Below, one piece after another: positions 25,441 through 38,986 of a DNA stretch of 64,000 nucleotides. The DNA lies in the NCBI GenBank assembly GCA_951406725.2, contig OX597822.1, positions 100,440,001 to 100,504,000 on the forward strand, given 5' to 3'. Origin of the DNA: Octopus vulgaris. Taxonomy: Eukaryota. Under the pieces are notes generated by a model. The model was not told where the DNA came from. It did not search any database and was given only the letters and a program-made list of their open reading frames with translations. Position 1 is the stretch's first letter; the number at the start of each line of letters is the position of its first letter. The translations under genes and the position numbers were made by a program.

Positions 25441-25529
25441 ACAGAGAAGAGAGAAAAGAAAAGAAAGAGAAGCAAAAGAAGGAAGAGAGAGAGAGAAGAG
25501 AGAGAGAGAGGAGGGACAAACGCAATATA

Positions 25530-26065
25530 TATATATATATATAAAGCAGAGTTTGTGTGTGTGCGAGCGCGCGTATGTTCCTTACACATTCGAAAACTTT
25601 TGTCACTTTCACCTGCAATCCTAAATGGGAGGAAATAAAATCTAACTTTCTTCCAGCGTCACATCTTCTGGTATTGCAGCTATCCTCCTCAATGGGGGAA
25701 GAGCTGCCCATTCCGTGTTCAAGCTTCCTCTAAACCTTGTAACGAGAGAATCTCAAATGTGTAACATTTCCCAAAACTCTGCAATGGCAACAGTTCTCCA
25801 ACAAACTTGCCTCGTTGTTTGGGATGAGTGCACTTTGTCACTTCAAGGAGCTCCAGAGGTACTTGACCGAACCCTCCAGGACAAAAAACTATCGCACGCT
25901 CATGAGAAGAGTAACAGTTCTTCTTGCAGGAAATTTTCGTCAAACGTTGCCAGTTATCCCCAAAGAATCAAAAGCTGACGAGGTCAATGCAATGCATGCT
26001 TACAAAAATCGTACCTTTGGAGACATGAAAAAACTTCATCGTACAAGCAACATGAGAGTACTTCT
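25530..26065 (+). mobile_element. Helitron fragment (Rep motif joined to PIF1-like helicase motifs)
   Basis: TFTCNPKWEEIK, SSGIAA, AHSVFKLPL, VVWDEC, GNFRQTLPV. Confidence 0.9.
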
Positions 26066-26338
26066 AAGACACACGCAAACACATACATATACATACGGAT
26101 GATTTCTTTCAGTTTATGTTTACCAAACTCACCCACAAGGCTTTGGTCGGTCCGAGGCTATAGGAGAAGACACTTGGCCACGGTGTCACGCAGTTGGATT
26201 GCTCTCGGAATCATGTGCATGGGAAGCAAGCTCCTTTTCCCGACCACATAGTTTCGGGTTCAATCCCGCTACATGGCACCTTGGCCAAGTGTCTTCTGTA
26301 TATTTTATCACAGATGATGATTGCAAAATATCTTAAAG

Positions 26339-26412
26339 ATTATTTTATAATCTTTATGAAGAGTTAACGTTTATTTATAAACGTTAACTCTTCATAAAGA
26401 TTATAAAATAAT
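26339..26412. repeat. Perfect 36-bp inverted repeat with a 2-nt loop
   Basis: 26339-26374 is the exact reverse complement of 26377-26412. Confidence 0.95.
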
Positions 26413-26838
26413 TTACTTACATTTCTTCAAGCTATGATGTTTAGCCTCTGCAGTTCCTGGTCCTGAGTCTTGATAAGTGGCCATCTTAAACCAGTATTTC
26501 GCTGGTTTCAGTCGAGGAATTTTTTGTTATTTGTCCCACGAGTATAACAATCTGGTACACATTTTACCAACTTATCCTTACCAAATAGCTGATCAATCTA
26601 GAGTTTCGGGGAAAGAGATGTAATTCGATGACTCGATTCACCATTTTATACTAATGTACACAGACTCAGCCTCAGTTAACCTGTCGCCACAGAAAACGAA
26701 AATGACACGCGTAGTGGGGTCGAACCCGGAACCCTCTTGGGGTAAAGCCATATTTCTTAATCACACGGCTATCACTGTACTAGTGTATTAACTATATGAA
26801 AACCAAAATAAAACAAAACAACGGTATATGTTCGTATA

Positions 26839-27273
26839 AGGCGGCGAGCTGGCAGAAACGTTAGGACGCTGGGCGAAATGCTTAGCGGTATTTCGTCTGC
26901 CGTTACATTCTGAGTTCAAATTCCGCTGAGGTCGACTTTGCCTTTCATCCTTTCGGGGTCGATTAAATAAGTACCAGTTACGCACTGGGGCCGATGTAAT
27001 CGAATTAATCCGCCTGTCTGTCCTTGTTTGTCCTCTCTGTGTTTAGCCCCTTGTGGGTAGTAAAGAAATATATTTAAGTAAAGAAATAGGTATTTCGTCT
27101 GCCGTTACGTTCTGAGTTCAAATTCCGCCGGGACGACTTTACCTTTCATCCTTTCGGGGTCGATTAAATAAGTACCAGTTACGCACTGGGGTCGATATAA
27201 TCGACTTAATCCCTTTGTCTGTCCTTGTTTGTCCTCTCTATGTTTAGCCCCTTGTGGGTAGTAAAGAAATATG
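26839..27273 (+). mobile_element. SINE family 3 dimer with a 44-bp TSD
   Basis: Flanks 26795-26838 and 27274-27317 are duplicated. Confidence 0.9.
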
Positions 27274-27551
27274 TATGAAAACCAAAATAAAACAAAACAA
27301 CGGTATGTGTTTGTATATTCGGATGATACTTGCCACGATAGTGTCAAAGAATATAAAAAAGAGATGATTGGTTTCCCGTAGTTTTCACTAGTTTTGAAAC
27401 TCTCTCTAGTTATAGTTATGAAGAAGCCTAATAGAAAAAAATGTAACATTTGAGACGTTCTTGTTTCCCACGTTGGCATAATTAAAATTTTAAAATAACT
27501 ATCATCGGTAGTCAAAACCAGAATCGTAACGGAATTTCATCGGGAACATAT

Positions 27552-27783
27552 CTATTTCTTTACTACCCACAAGGGCTAAACACAAAGGGGACAAACAAGG
27601 ACAGACAAACGGATTAAGTCGATTATATCGACCCCAGTGCGTAACTGGTACTTAATTTATCGACCCCGAAAGGATGAAAGGCTAAGTCGACCTCGACGGA
27701 ATTTGAACTCAGAACGTAACGGCAGACGAAATACGGCTACGCATTTCGCCCGGCGTGCAAACGTTTCTGCCTGCTCGCCGCCT
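27552..27783 (-). mobile_element. SINE family 3 monomer
   Basis: Full head to tail; TSD TTTCATCGGGAACAT. Confidence 0.9.
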
Positions 27784-27914
27784 TTTCATCGGGAACATCT
27801 AGTCTAACGTATTTGTTTGCGTGCATGAGAGAGAGAGAGAGAGAGAGAAGAAAGAGAGAGAGAAGGAAAGAGAGAAAGAGAGAAAGAGAGAAAGAGTGAA
27901 AGAGGGAGGCACAG

Positions 27915-27969
<55 letters not shown>

Positions 27970-28153
27970 TAGTGAGAGACTGTCTATAATCTAGAAGTTG
28001 TGTAAAGATGATGGTAGTAGTATTGGTGTATAATACAAAACCAGTATATAAGAAATTCATTTTAGCATCGATGATGTTGAAACACGTTTCAAATTGTAAT
28101 CCATGAAACAGCTATAAAAAATGTCGTGGTCCTCTAATCGATATTATCCTTTA

Positions 28154-28434
28154 GGACTTTTACTTTTCGACCGACAGATTTAAAAAATAATTTTTTGTAA
28201 CTAAACACTTTCAAACTCGTATAGTGGTAGAATGTGTCACATAAAACATCTTTTACTTTTGGCGTTGAGAAAATTCTGTAGTTTTGGAAGAGTTATTTTT
28301 TGTTAAAGTTGTTGTATTTCGGTAATTTCAACCAATCAATGACGTGTATTCAGCTGAATAAAACAACTGCTGTTTGAAAGTGTTTAGTTACAAAAAATTA
28401 TTTTAAAAATCTGTCGGTCAAAAGGTAAAGATCC
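28154..28434. mobile_element. MITE with ~60-bp terminal inverted repeats
   Basis: GACCGACAGATTT...ACTAAACACTTTCAAAC / GTTTGAAAGTGTTTAGT...AAATCTGTCGGTC. Confidence 0.8.
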
Positions 28435-28439
28435 ATCTT

Positions 28440-28840
28440 TTGTCTTTCATCTTTAACTTGATTCAGTCATCGCACCGTCTTGAAGGGTTTTAGTCGTTAC
28501 AAATCAATCCTAGTACTTATTTGTTTTTAAAACCTGGTATTTACTCTGCTGGTGTCTTTTGCCGAATCGCTGAGTTATGTGCGTAAACAAACAAACACCG
28601 GTTGTCAAACGTTTGAGAAAGGGGACAAACACAAACACGAAGACACACGCATATACATACATACATACATACATACGACGGGCTTCAACACAGTTTCTGC
28701 CGATTAAGTTCATTCACAAGACCAATGGTGGGCTCGAGCTATAGTAGAAGTCACTTGCCCAGGGTATCACACACAGGGACTGAACCTGAGAGCACATGGT
28801 TACTAAGTGAGCTTCTTAACCACATAACCATACTTGCGCC
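28440..28840 (-). mobile_element. Older SINE family 1 copy
   Basis: Diverged homology to 3364-3760. Confidence 0.8.
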
Positions 28841-29229
28841 CGTTTAGTTACTTCCCCTCCCCCTTTTTGCTTCCGTATTTATCTTCGCATTCTTTACAGT
28901 TCAATGAATTTAATTACAAATCACATCAGATGAAATACTTAATTCATTGGCCTGGAAAAGATAAAACAACAGCAGCAACGATCACAAACTGGCTCCAAAA
29001 ACAAGTTATTAAGAGTCATCACATTGCTTACAAATTATGGCACAAGGCCAGGAATTTTGGAGGTTGGGATTAGTGGATTACATCGACCCCAGTGTTCAAA
29101 TTGCATTTAATATATCGATCGCCGAAAAGTAAAACCGACCTCAGCGGAATTTGAACCCAGAATATGAAGACAGACGAATGATATGGGTGTATATATATAT
29201 ATATATACATTTATGCATACATATGTATG

Positions 29230-29311
<82 letters not shown>

Positions 29312-29332
29312 ATAATCTCGTATTCTGCGAAG

Positions 29333-29520
29333 TTTGACCATGAAAATTCTCCACGTGTTACTAAAACAGACGTTTTTTACGAGAGGTTAAAATGAAGAGA
29401 TTTTAAGCTCCAGTGAACATAGCTGGATAATCCTTTGTAAAGGGTTCGTTAAAGTCGACTAATTTGCCGTTATAATTAAGCCAGCAAGTTTACAGAGATT
29501 ATCTAACTGTTACTATGTTG
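29333..29520 (+). other. Conserved non-coding module C, copy 2
   Basis: Homologous to 15839-16050. Confidence 0.85.
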
Positions 29521-30125
29521 CATTATTAATGAGCTAGCAGATTCGTTGCCATGTTGCGAAATAAATTATTTGCAGTATGTGTTGCGGATCGTGACGTTTT
29601 GATTTCAAAACCTGCTAAAGTCAAGTGGAGTTTTGCTTTCCATTATGATTGTCATTGTTGTTGTAATCATTGTTAGAATGACGAACTGAAAGAATCGTCT
29701 GTGCGTCGAACAAAATACTTCGCAGCATTTTCCCTGGCTCGTTACGTTCTGATTTCAGATTCTGCCAAGTTGACTTCGCTTTTCATTCTTTCGAAATCGA
29801 TAAAATAAGTCCCACTCAAGTACTGAGAGTGGGAGAGGGTGTGAAAAGTCAATGTAATCAGCTTAGTGCCTCCCCACAAAATTGCTGGCCTCGTGCCAAA
29901 ATTTGAAGTAAAGCGGTGAGCTGGCAGAATCATTAGTGCGTCAGACGATATTGTTTTGCGGTCTTTCTTCCGACCATTTACGGTCTGAGTTCAAATAACG
30001 CCGAAATCAACTTTGGCTTTCATCCTTTCAGGGTCAATAAAATAAAGTACGAGACAAGTACTAGAGTCGATGTAATCGACTTACCATCTTCTCTCAAAAT
30101 TTCCGGCTTTGTGCCAAAATTAGAA

Positions 30126-30176
<51 letters not shown>

Positions 30177-30255
30177 GTTGTTGTTGTTATTATTATTATT
30201 GTTGTTGTTGTTGTCATCGTCGTCGTCGTCGGCGTTGTTGTTGTTGTTGTTGTTA

Positions 30256-30310
<55 letters not shown>

Positions 30311-30620
30311 GCTAGTCAGCTGGCAGATTCGTTAGTACATCGGATTACGGCATTTCTACCGGCTCTTTTAGACCCTGAGTTCAAATACCACCGAGGCCAA
30401 CTTTGCACATCCTCCCTTTGAGGACTGATAAAATAAAGAACCAGTCAAGTACTGGGGTTGATGGTTTCGACTAACCCCTAGGGAACCTAGAGAGCCGGTA
30501 TTTCTTCCAGCTCTTTACATTCTAAGTTCAAATGTGTATATAAGCACTTGTGTGCACGAGGGAATGTATATAAGTATGTATGTATGTATGTATGTATGTA
30601 TGTATGTATGTATGTATGTA

Positions 30621-30683
<63 letters not shown>

Positions 30684-31069
30684 ATGTGCGTGCGTATTAA
30701 TTTTGAGAGTTCGGCGTTTTGTGAAGCATGGAATTCTATTCCATTCCTTTAAAACTTCACTGAATGTTAAGAAAACAGCACCTTAAATTCGGTAAAAATA
30801 GATTCTAGGAGTTGTTTAGGTGTTCATCGAAAAAGAAAAAAAAACGCGTCAAAAGTAAGCGATCTGATTGGTCGATAACAGAAAAGTGAAAAAGAAAATC
30901 AAGCAATTTTGCCAATTTTCTGCTATCTTCCGGTAACCAGGTTCCATGATAGTACGTTTCCATCGTCGCTGAAATCAAAAGGAGTAATGACAGAAATTGA
31001 AAGGAAGTAAAATGGCTGCTTGCATAAAAAACGACAATCAAGTATCTGTATGATGCATGCATGCATGCA

Positions 31070-31139
<70 letters not shown>

Positions 31140-31144
<5 letters not shown>

Positions 31145-31595
31145 CAGAAGTCAACTCGTGACCGAGTAAGGCTACTTCCTAAATTCGGTAAGTCTGCGTT
31201 AACGTTCCGAGAGTCCAAGAAGTTCTTGTGCGTGAATTTGTTTTCAGTAGATAAAGTGTTGCACAACGTCGAACTCACTTCTCAGCGCAATCAGCTAAAA
31301 AAACTAGAGGTACAACAGGAGTTGAAACCTGCAGAAACCAACTGCACATCAGGTTTTCTATTTATACGAAGTTAACTTCCTCGAGACAGAAATTCTAGGG
31401 TTCCTTCACGATAACTAGGGTTCCTTCACTGCTAGTGGTTCACATGCTAATTAACACGTAGCTGGAACCCTAACAAGTGCTATTGCCCAAGTCAGAGTAG
31501 ACCTGCGAACAACAGTGGCTAAGTGGTTCCACACTCCTCAAAACCTTTGAACTCCCGTACAAGGCTCCCGCTACCGGTTACAGTTTAAAGTCACA
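31140..31595 (-). mobile_element. Possible solo LTR
   Basis: TGTGAC...GTCACA ends, minus-strand TATAAATA, short internal direct repeats; no TSD seen. Confidence 0.35.
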
Positions 31596-31603
31596 CCAAG
31601 GAG

Positions 31604-31653
<50 letters not shown>

Positions 31654-32136
31654 AATGAATGTTTTTATATATAATGAACGTGAAATACAGGAAGGGACGA
31701 ACACGGAACACAGACAAATCATTCGAAGCCTTCAATCTTCAGTCAGACACCGAATCATCATAGCAAATTTCGGCTGTTCAATTCTGATATTTGCTCCAAC
31801 TCGGCCAGCCCCAAGAAAAAAAACTAAGCTGTAAGCATTAGATTTCTTGGTAGAAGACAGGAATGTGAACGCACAAGACGGATGTGAATACAAGAGACGA
31901 AAACGAAATTGAAAACAGTAATGAATAAACAAAATATATAGAACGGTGGTTGTCATACGACTTTAGACCAAATGAGACATATATATTGGGGCTGGCCAGA
32001 TTGGAGCAATCTCAAGATTAATCAGCCGAAATTGTGAGGATGATCCGGTTCTTGACTGAAGATTAAAGGCTTCGAATGACCCGTCCGTGTTTTTTGTATC
32101 GTCTTCTGGATGTTTTGCGTTCTTGTCCCATTTTGC

Positions 32137-32193
<57 letters not shown>

Positions 32194-32559
32194 TATGTTT
32201 TTATGTATGTATGTATATATATATACACACGCATATATATGTGTGTGTGTGTATGTAAAACAATAACACCTACTGCAAAAATCGCCCATCAATGTCACAT
32301 CTGTGCAAGATAGTGTAAGTCCCTGGCAGTACTGAAAAGCTGCATCAGTGCTGCTCTTGTGCAATAGAACAATCAAACGTTGGCATTATTTGAAATCAAG
32401 TTGCAACCCTCATATATATACGTCTGCATTTCTACACGTTTTCTAAGAATATCTATAAGTGTGCATGTATGTATTTATGTATTTATGTATGTATGTATAT
32501 ATGGATATGTCTATTTATGAATGAATATAGGGGTGTGCTTGTACGTCTATGGTGATTGT

Positions 32560-32806
32560 ATTTTCTCTTAAATACCGAAATACGTCACAGAGCACCTCCT
32601 AATTCCATCAATAACCCACTTGCACACTATCACTTGCATCTTCGGCAATGATCTTGACAATGAAATCATTGGGACACGTGATGTCACGGCCAGTGTAGAT
32701 GTGAACAAACCCAAACGTATTTCAAGGTATATTTATCCATTGATAATATTTCATTAATCTTTCGAAAAGAACAAATCAGTTGGGTCTCCCTAAATATAGA
32801 ATTAGT
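32560..32806 (+). other. Conserved non-coding module A, copy 1
   Basis: Inverted homologue at 48985-49215; paralogous to module B. Confidence 0.8.
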
Positions 32807-32880
32807 TGTAAAGGTGCAGTTGTTTCCTACCTACATACATACATACATATATATACGTATGTATGTATGTTCTTTTAATA

Positions 32881-33139
32881 CTTAAATACGTCATAGACTA
32901 CCTCTCCCCTCCTCCTTTTCATTTCATTAACATCTCACCTACACATTGTTCTATTAGAGTCTGGCGTGGTCTTGGCAATGAAATTTAAGATACACGTGAT
33001 GTCATCACCAGCGTGCGGATGAATGCAAAGATGATTGCCTATCTCAGTGGCCGTCGATAATCTGTTAATTTCCCGGCAAGAGTACTCCACTGAGGTCTCC
33101 CTCAATATTGCGATTGGAATTAGTGATAAACCAGCTTAT
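32881..33139 (+). other. Conserved non-coding module B, copy 1
   Basis: Inverted homologue at 48315-48558. Confidence 0.85.
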
Positions 33140-33164
33140 GCCGGGGATGTTCATTCTCTAAAAA

Positions 33165-33237
33165 TAATACATACATACATACATACATACATACATTAAT
33201 ACATACATACATATAATATATACATACATACATAACA

Positions 33238-33269
<32 letters not shown>

Positions 33270-33295
33270 ATATATACATACATACATAACATACA

Positions 33296-33329
<34 letters not shown>

Positions 33330-33348
33330 ATATATACATACATACATA

Positions 33349-33379
<31 letters not shown>

Positions 33380-33679
33380 CATATAATATATACATACATA
33401 CATAACATACATACATATACATATAATATATACATACATAGATAACATACATGCATATATGCATGCATACATACATGCATGCATACATACATACATACAT
33501 ACATACATACATACATACATGCATGTATGCATGCATGCATGCATGCATGCATGCATGCATGCATACATACAAGCATACATACATACACACACATACATAC
33601 ATATATACATACAAACATACATACATGCATGCATGCATACATACATGCATACATACATACATACACACACATACATACA

Positions 33680-33712
<33 letters not shown>
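33165..33712. repeat. (CATA/CATG)n compound microsatellite with recurring variant units
   Basis: ATATAATATATACATACATACATA recurs five times. Confidence 0.9.
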
Positions 33713-33762
33713 GTACACAGCTCCCTCTTTATTTCTCTCTCTCTCTCTCTGAATATATAATG

Positions 33763-33823
<61 letters not shown>

Positions 33824-33870
33824 ATATATATACACTTACGTATACACCCCCCCACACACATACATACATG

Positions 33871-34017
33871 TAGGAGTGTGGTAAAAAGCTTGCTTCCCAA
33901 TCACATGGTTCCGGGTTCAGTCCCACTGCGTTGTACCTTGGACAAGTGTCTTCTACTATAGCCTCGGGCCGAGGCTATTGACATGTGTGTGTGTATGTGT
34001 ATGTGTGTGTGTGTGTA

Positions 34018-34057
<40 letters not shown>

Positions 34058-34273
34058 TGTTTGTGTCCCATCACCGCTTGACAACCGGTTGTGGTGTGTT
34101 TACGTCTCCGTAACTTAGCGGTTCGGCAAAAGACACGGATAGAATTAAGTTCTAGGCTTTAAAAAAATAAGTCCTTGGGTCGATTTGTTCAACTAAGACC
34201 CTCCCCCCACGCCAAGGCGGTGCTCCAGCATGGCCGCAGTCAAATGACTGAATCAAATAAAAAAATAAAAGAA
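33871..34273 (+). mobile_element. SINE family 1
   Basis: Homology to 3364-3760. Confidence 0.85.
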
Positions 34274-34329
34274 TACACACACACATACATATAAAAAATT
34301 TCTCGTACATTTTACTACTTTCTACAAAG

Positions 34330-34540
34330 TCCGACCATGACAGTGAAAATCCTACACGTGTTTCGAAAACAGACGTTATTACAAGAGACTGAAGCGAAGA
34401 GATTTTAAGCTCCAGTGAACATAGCTGGATAATCTTATGTATAGGGTTCGTTAAAGCCGACTAATTTGCCGTCATAATTAAGTTAGCAAGTTCACAGAGA
34501 TTATCTAACTGTTCCAACGATGTTGATGTTTCTGTGTTGC
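34330..34540 (+). other. Conserved non-coding module C, copy 3
   Basis: Homologous to 15839-16050. Confidence 0.85.
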
Positions 34541-35636
34541 TTTAATATGTTTGTTGTTGTTGTTGTTATTGTTGGTGGTGGTCGTCGTCGTAGTAGTCGG
34601 GGTTGTGTTCATAGTGGTAACGAAGGGCCGGAGAAAAGGTCATTGACTTAAATAATTTACTTGATATGTACGCGTCTATGTGTGTATGTATGTACGTATG
34701 TATGCAAATCAGGTCACTGTTTGTGACATTGGTAACACGTAACCCAGTACAAACTGTTACATGGTCGGGCTGATGGCGACGACTAAACTGGCAACCGTAC
34801 CAAACCGACTTGATAAGGAGGGTGGGTTTTGCTGGATACTTTGCAAGACGAAAAAATAATTAAAAAATCTGTCAAAGGGCATGTAATCTTGATAGAAACA
34901 ATTCCTTTATTCACCGTGAGGTTGAGAAAAAGAGGGGACGATACGAGGACAGACAAAACAAACATTGGGATCAGGGGATCGAATGAGACGAAACGTATGA
35001 ATAAACAAACAATTTTATTGTATATATTTTTATATACAATTAAATGAGAATGAGTGATTTACAAAAAATGAAGCGGAGGACGCGGTCGACCCCACAAACC
35101 ACATACTCACACAGAAGACTTTGCTTTGTGCTTTTTTTGTTCTCGTTTAGACAGGTTTTTTTCACTCGCAATATACTTGTTACAGACTTCCATCTTTTAA
35201 GAAACATACTTTGCGACAGGCATTTCTTCTCCAGTCTTATTTTCCATTTCAAGTGGAAAACGAAAATGTCGATTAGCTTGAGACTAAGAATGGAGGCTTC
35301 TATCAAGTTTGACTCTATCAAGTTTACATGAGGCGCCGGTCACGTAAACTTGATAGAGTCAACGGCCATCCAACAGCAGGAAGCGAGAAACCTCTATTCT
35401 TTGTTTAGATATCTCTTCAGGAGAAGGTAATTCCGAAATTGTACCCTCTTCTCCACGAAGCCGGATACTCGCTCTTGTTTGTTTCTGGTCTACTTGGATT
35501 TTAACGGTGCTGTGTAAGCTGTTACTGACTTGAACTTTCAGCACAGGTTTTGCTGACACTCATTGTCATTCACATCTACGATAAGTTAAGATAACTTATA
35601 AGTGATGGTCACACTCGTCTACTAGTTGGCAGCCAC

Positions 35637-35699
<63 letters not shown>

Positions 35700-35755
35700 G
35701 CTGTGATGATTATAAAATACAATACTTAAAAACCTAAGGGTATATCTTTTTTCTA

Positions 35756-35840
35756 TCCCTCTGAAGAGATTTTGCCTAATATAATGATTTTATTAATTAC
35801 TATTTAATCTATTAGGCCTAATAGAAACAGTTGTAAGGGA
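35756..35840 (+). ncRNA. Type I hammerhead ribozyme motif with extended stem II
   Basis: TCCCT/AGGGA stem I; CTGAAGA; GCCTAATA/TATTAGGC; GAAACAGTTGTA. The stem II closing pair is mismatched. Confidence 0.65.
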
Positions 35841-36065
35841 CCTTGTTTGATTTTTGCAGATAATAAATTTTTATTAAATGTTATATCTCCATTTTCTTAC
35901 TTTCGTTTGAATGATTATATATATATATATATATATATATAGTAGTTTCTAAGCTGAAGTGAAGGCAGCATGTTCTTTGTCTATCTCCTTAACTTCTTGG
36001 AGATTTTAAGTAAAATTATATTAATGTGTCCATCTGTTTTAATTTAATTAAATTCTATGTATTTC

Positions 36066-36151
36066 TGCAGCTGAGGATTGGTATGCATTTAAATTGATGT
36101 AATGGTAGCATTGTTCAATTAAATGGAGTTGCGTGAAACGATAGTACTGCA
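36066..36151 (+). ncRNA. Type I hammerhead ribozyme motif with extended stem II
   Basis: TGCAG/CTGCA stem I; CTGAGGA; CATTTAAATTGA/TCAATTAAATG; GAAACGATAGTA. Confidence 0.6.
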
Positions 36152-36211
36152 TTACCTCTGGATATCCTTGTTGCTTATTTTGACATATATATATATAAAC
36201 ACACACACACA

Positions 36212-36259
<48 letters not shown>

Positions 36260-36634
36260 CATATCTGTATGTATGTACGTATTTCCACCCGTCACATGCC
36301 CAGACGAGAATTCATCACCATTGATGTAGGGGGCAGTTGATAAAACATTCATCGATATAGCAAATAGCCGCCCATCTGAACGAAATCTGAGTCAGTAATA
36401 AATTAAAATAGCGATCACTGTATCATACTTAATGTATATACACTGTTGATAGACCAGTCACTGCAGTATTTGTCCTCAGATAACATCTCTTGTGGACGTA
36501 CTATGTTAAAAAACAAAACAGACAATATATATCAGAGAGAGACGAAAATCCATTTTTGCGATGAACGCCAGATTTCGGCCATTTTGGCCTTTAGATACTT
36601 AATGCTTGTTTTTATATAAAACAATATATGGAAA

Positions 36635-36938
36635 TACTGTTGTGTCTGGGGAGAGTCATTTACTTTTTGTGCCTTATAATATAACACACTCACCGGTAAA
36701 ATTTCCACTTATTTCTTATTTTTATTTTTCTAAAATTTTCTTGTTGTTTGACTCAAAGCTATTGAAAAGGTTGCAAGACGCAACGAAAATTTTAGGAAAA
36801 TAAGAATAAGAAAAAAGTGGAAATTTTACCGGTGAGTGTGTTTGTTATAGTATAAGGCACAAAAAGAAAATGACTCTCCCCAGACACAAGACACGAACTC
36901 AGATAAAGAATCTTGCAAACCAAATCCAAAAACGAAAT
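36635..36938 (+). mobile_element. Interspersed repeat with an inverted 5' duplicate (~105-bp foldback arms)
   Basis: 36640-36745 is the inverse of 36780-36889; same family as 7787-7977. Confidence 0.8.
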
Positions 36939-37628
36939 ATATGAAAAAAAGAAACAATTTTACAGTAGACTAAAGTATTATTCAATGAAGTTTTAGAAGA
37001 CTACATGTTTATTAATTTTTTTATAAGGGAAAAGTTGACAGTGACCTTGAAGCTTCGGCTCGCTCACACACACATACACATACACAACACTGACACATTT
37101 ACGCTTATACATACTTAGTTTTATGTATGTATACATACATGCACGCAAACATATATATATGTTTATACATACATGCTTACGTATGTATACATATACTCAA
37201 ACACATACACATATACGTATATGAAATATTTAGTCACGTCAGAGACTGTTCTTTCCTTTTTTTTTTTTTTTTGGTATTACAAATTACTTATTAAATTACA
37301 TAATTCGGTGAACACAACATATTAATCCGGGATGAAACAATGCTAAATGTGTGTGTGTGTGTGAAGGGGGGGCGGCGGTTATTATGTTGGTTTTTTTTTT
37401 TTTTTTGCTTTTTTTAATTTTTACTCGAACCGACTCATAGTCACACACACAGATACATACATATAAGCATAACAGATATAGATATATACACGAACATACA
37501 CACGCCCAGATAACACACAAATATATACGCATATATTCACACAATTAACAGAAAGAGGCATTCAGACACATACAGATAACCACAGAGCCACACAGCCGCA
37601 TATACATACATATACTCACAGATAGCAT

Positions 37629-37669
<41 letters not shown>

Positions 37670-37820
37670 CACACACACAGACGTACACACCAGTAACAGA
37701 CATAGAAACACAAACGCACACATAGATAACAGAATAGATACGCACACACAAACACGACAGATAACACACACACACACACAGATATGCGCGCGCACATTGA
37801 TAACACATATAGACATACAT

Positions 37821-37885
<65 letters not shown>

Positions 37886-38755
37886 CATAAACATACAAAC
37901 ATGCTAACAGATATAGTTATACACACGTAAATATGCACAAATAACACAGACACACAGACAGACAGCCTATCTCATCCGCTTTTGTTTCTGTCTGTTTCGC
38001 TGTTTCTCTTCTCTCCCCGGCTTTTCTTCGAATTCCTCCTAAATCTCTCTTTCCCTCTCTTTTGCCTTTTACAACATGGATGAAGGTCAATCGGTTATGA
38101 AGACTAACAGATCGATTTATCTATTTATCTATTTATTAATCTGCAGGATAGTTAAGAAGGTCAAGTTTTACCAAAATATTTAGGAAGTTCAAGATTCGAT
38201 AACAAGAAGGCATTATGTGACCAAAATAGAAAAGTCACAGTTCTATAAAAGAGTCACTATGTTACTGAAATAGTTTAAAAGAAAAAAAAAACGGAAAAAA
38301 TACAGAAAAAATGGTCAAGATTCATTAAGAGAGTAAATTAAGTTTCGCGACGCAGTTTTATTGCATGATGGTTGGAAAGAAGCGAGTAAATAGGGTCTGA
38401 GAGAGTAAAAGAGATATGAGTGAGTAAATGAGTGATGAGAAGAGTAGAGAGTGAGAGAGAGAGAGAGAGGTGGAAGGGGAGAGAGAGAGAGAGGAAAGGA
38501 GAGAAAGAGAGAGTCATAGAGAGAATAAGAGCGATATATACGTGTGTGTGTGTATGTGTGAAGAAAAGACACGTATATATGCATGCATGTATGTATGTAT
38601 GTATTTATGTATCTATGTATGCATGTATGTATGTATGTAGCTATGTATGCATGTATGTATGCATGTATGTATGTATGTATGTATGTATGTATGCGTATTT
38701 GTATCTGTGAGGTTTTAATGTTCAGTTTGACTATATATATACACACACAGACACA

Positions 38756-38815
<60 letters not shown>

Positions 38816-38893
38816 CATATATTTCCAGCAAACATTGGTGCCTTGTACCACTACTCTATATTTATATATATACATACACACACACACACACAC

Positions 38894-38925
<32 letters not shown>

Positions 38926-38928
38926 ATG

Positions 38929-38986
<58 letters not shown>

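Noticed and set aside
38243-38252. TATAAAAG TATA-like box
   Set aside because: Common in AT-rich DNA and no downstream gene is seen.
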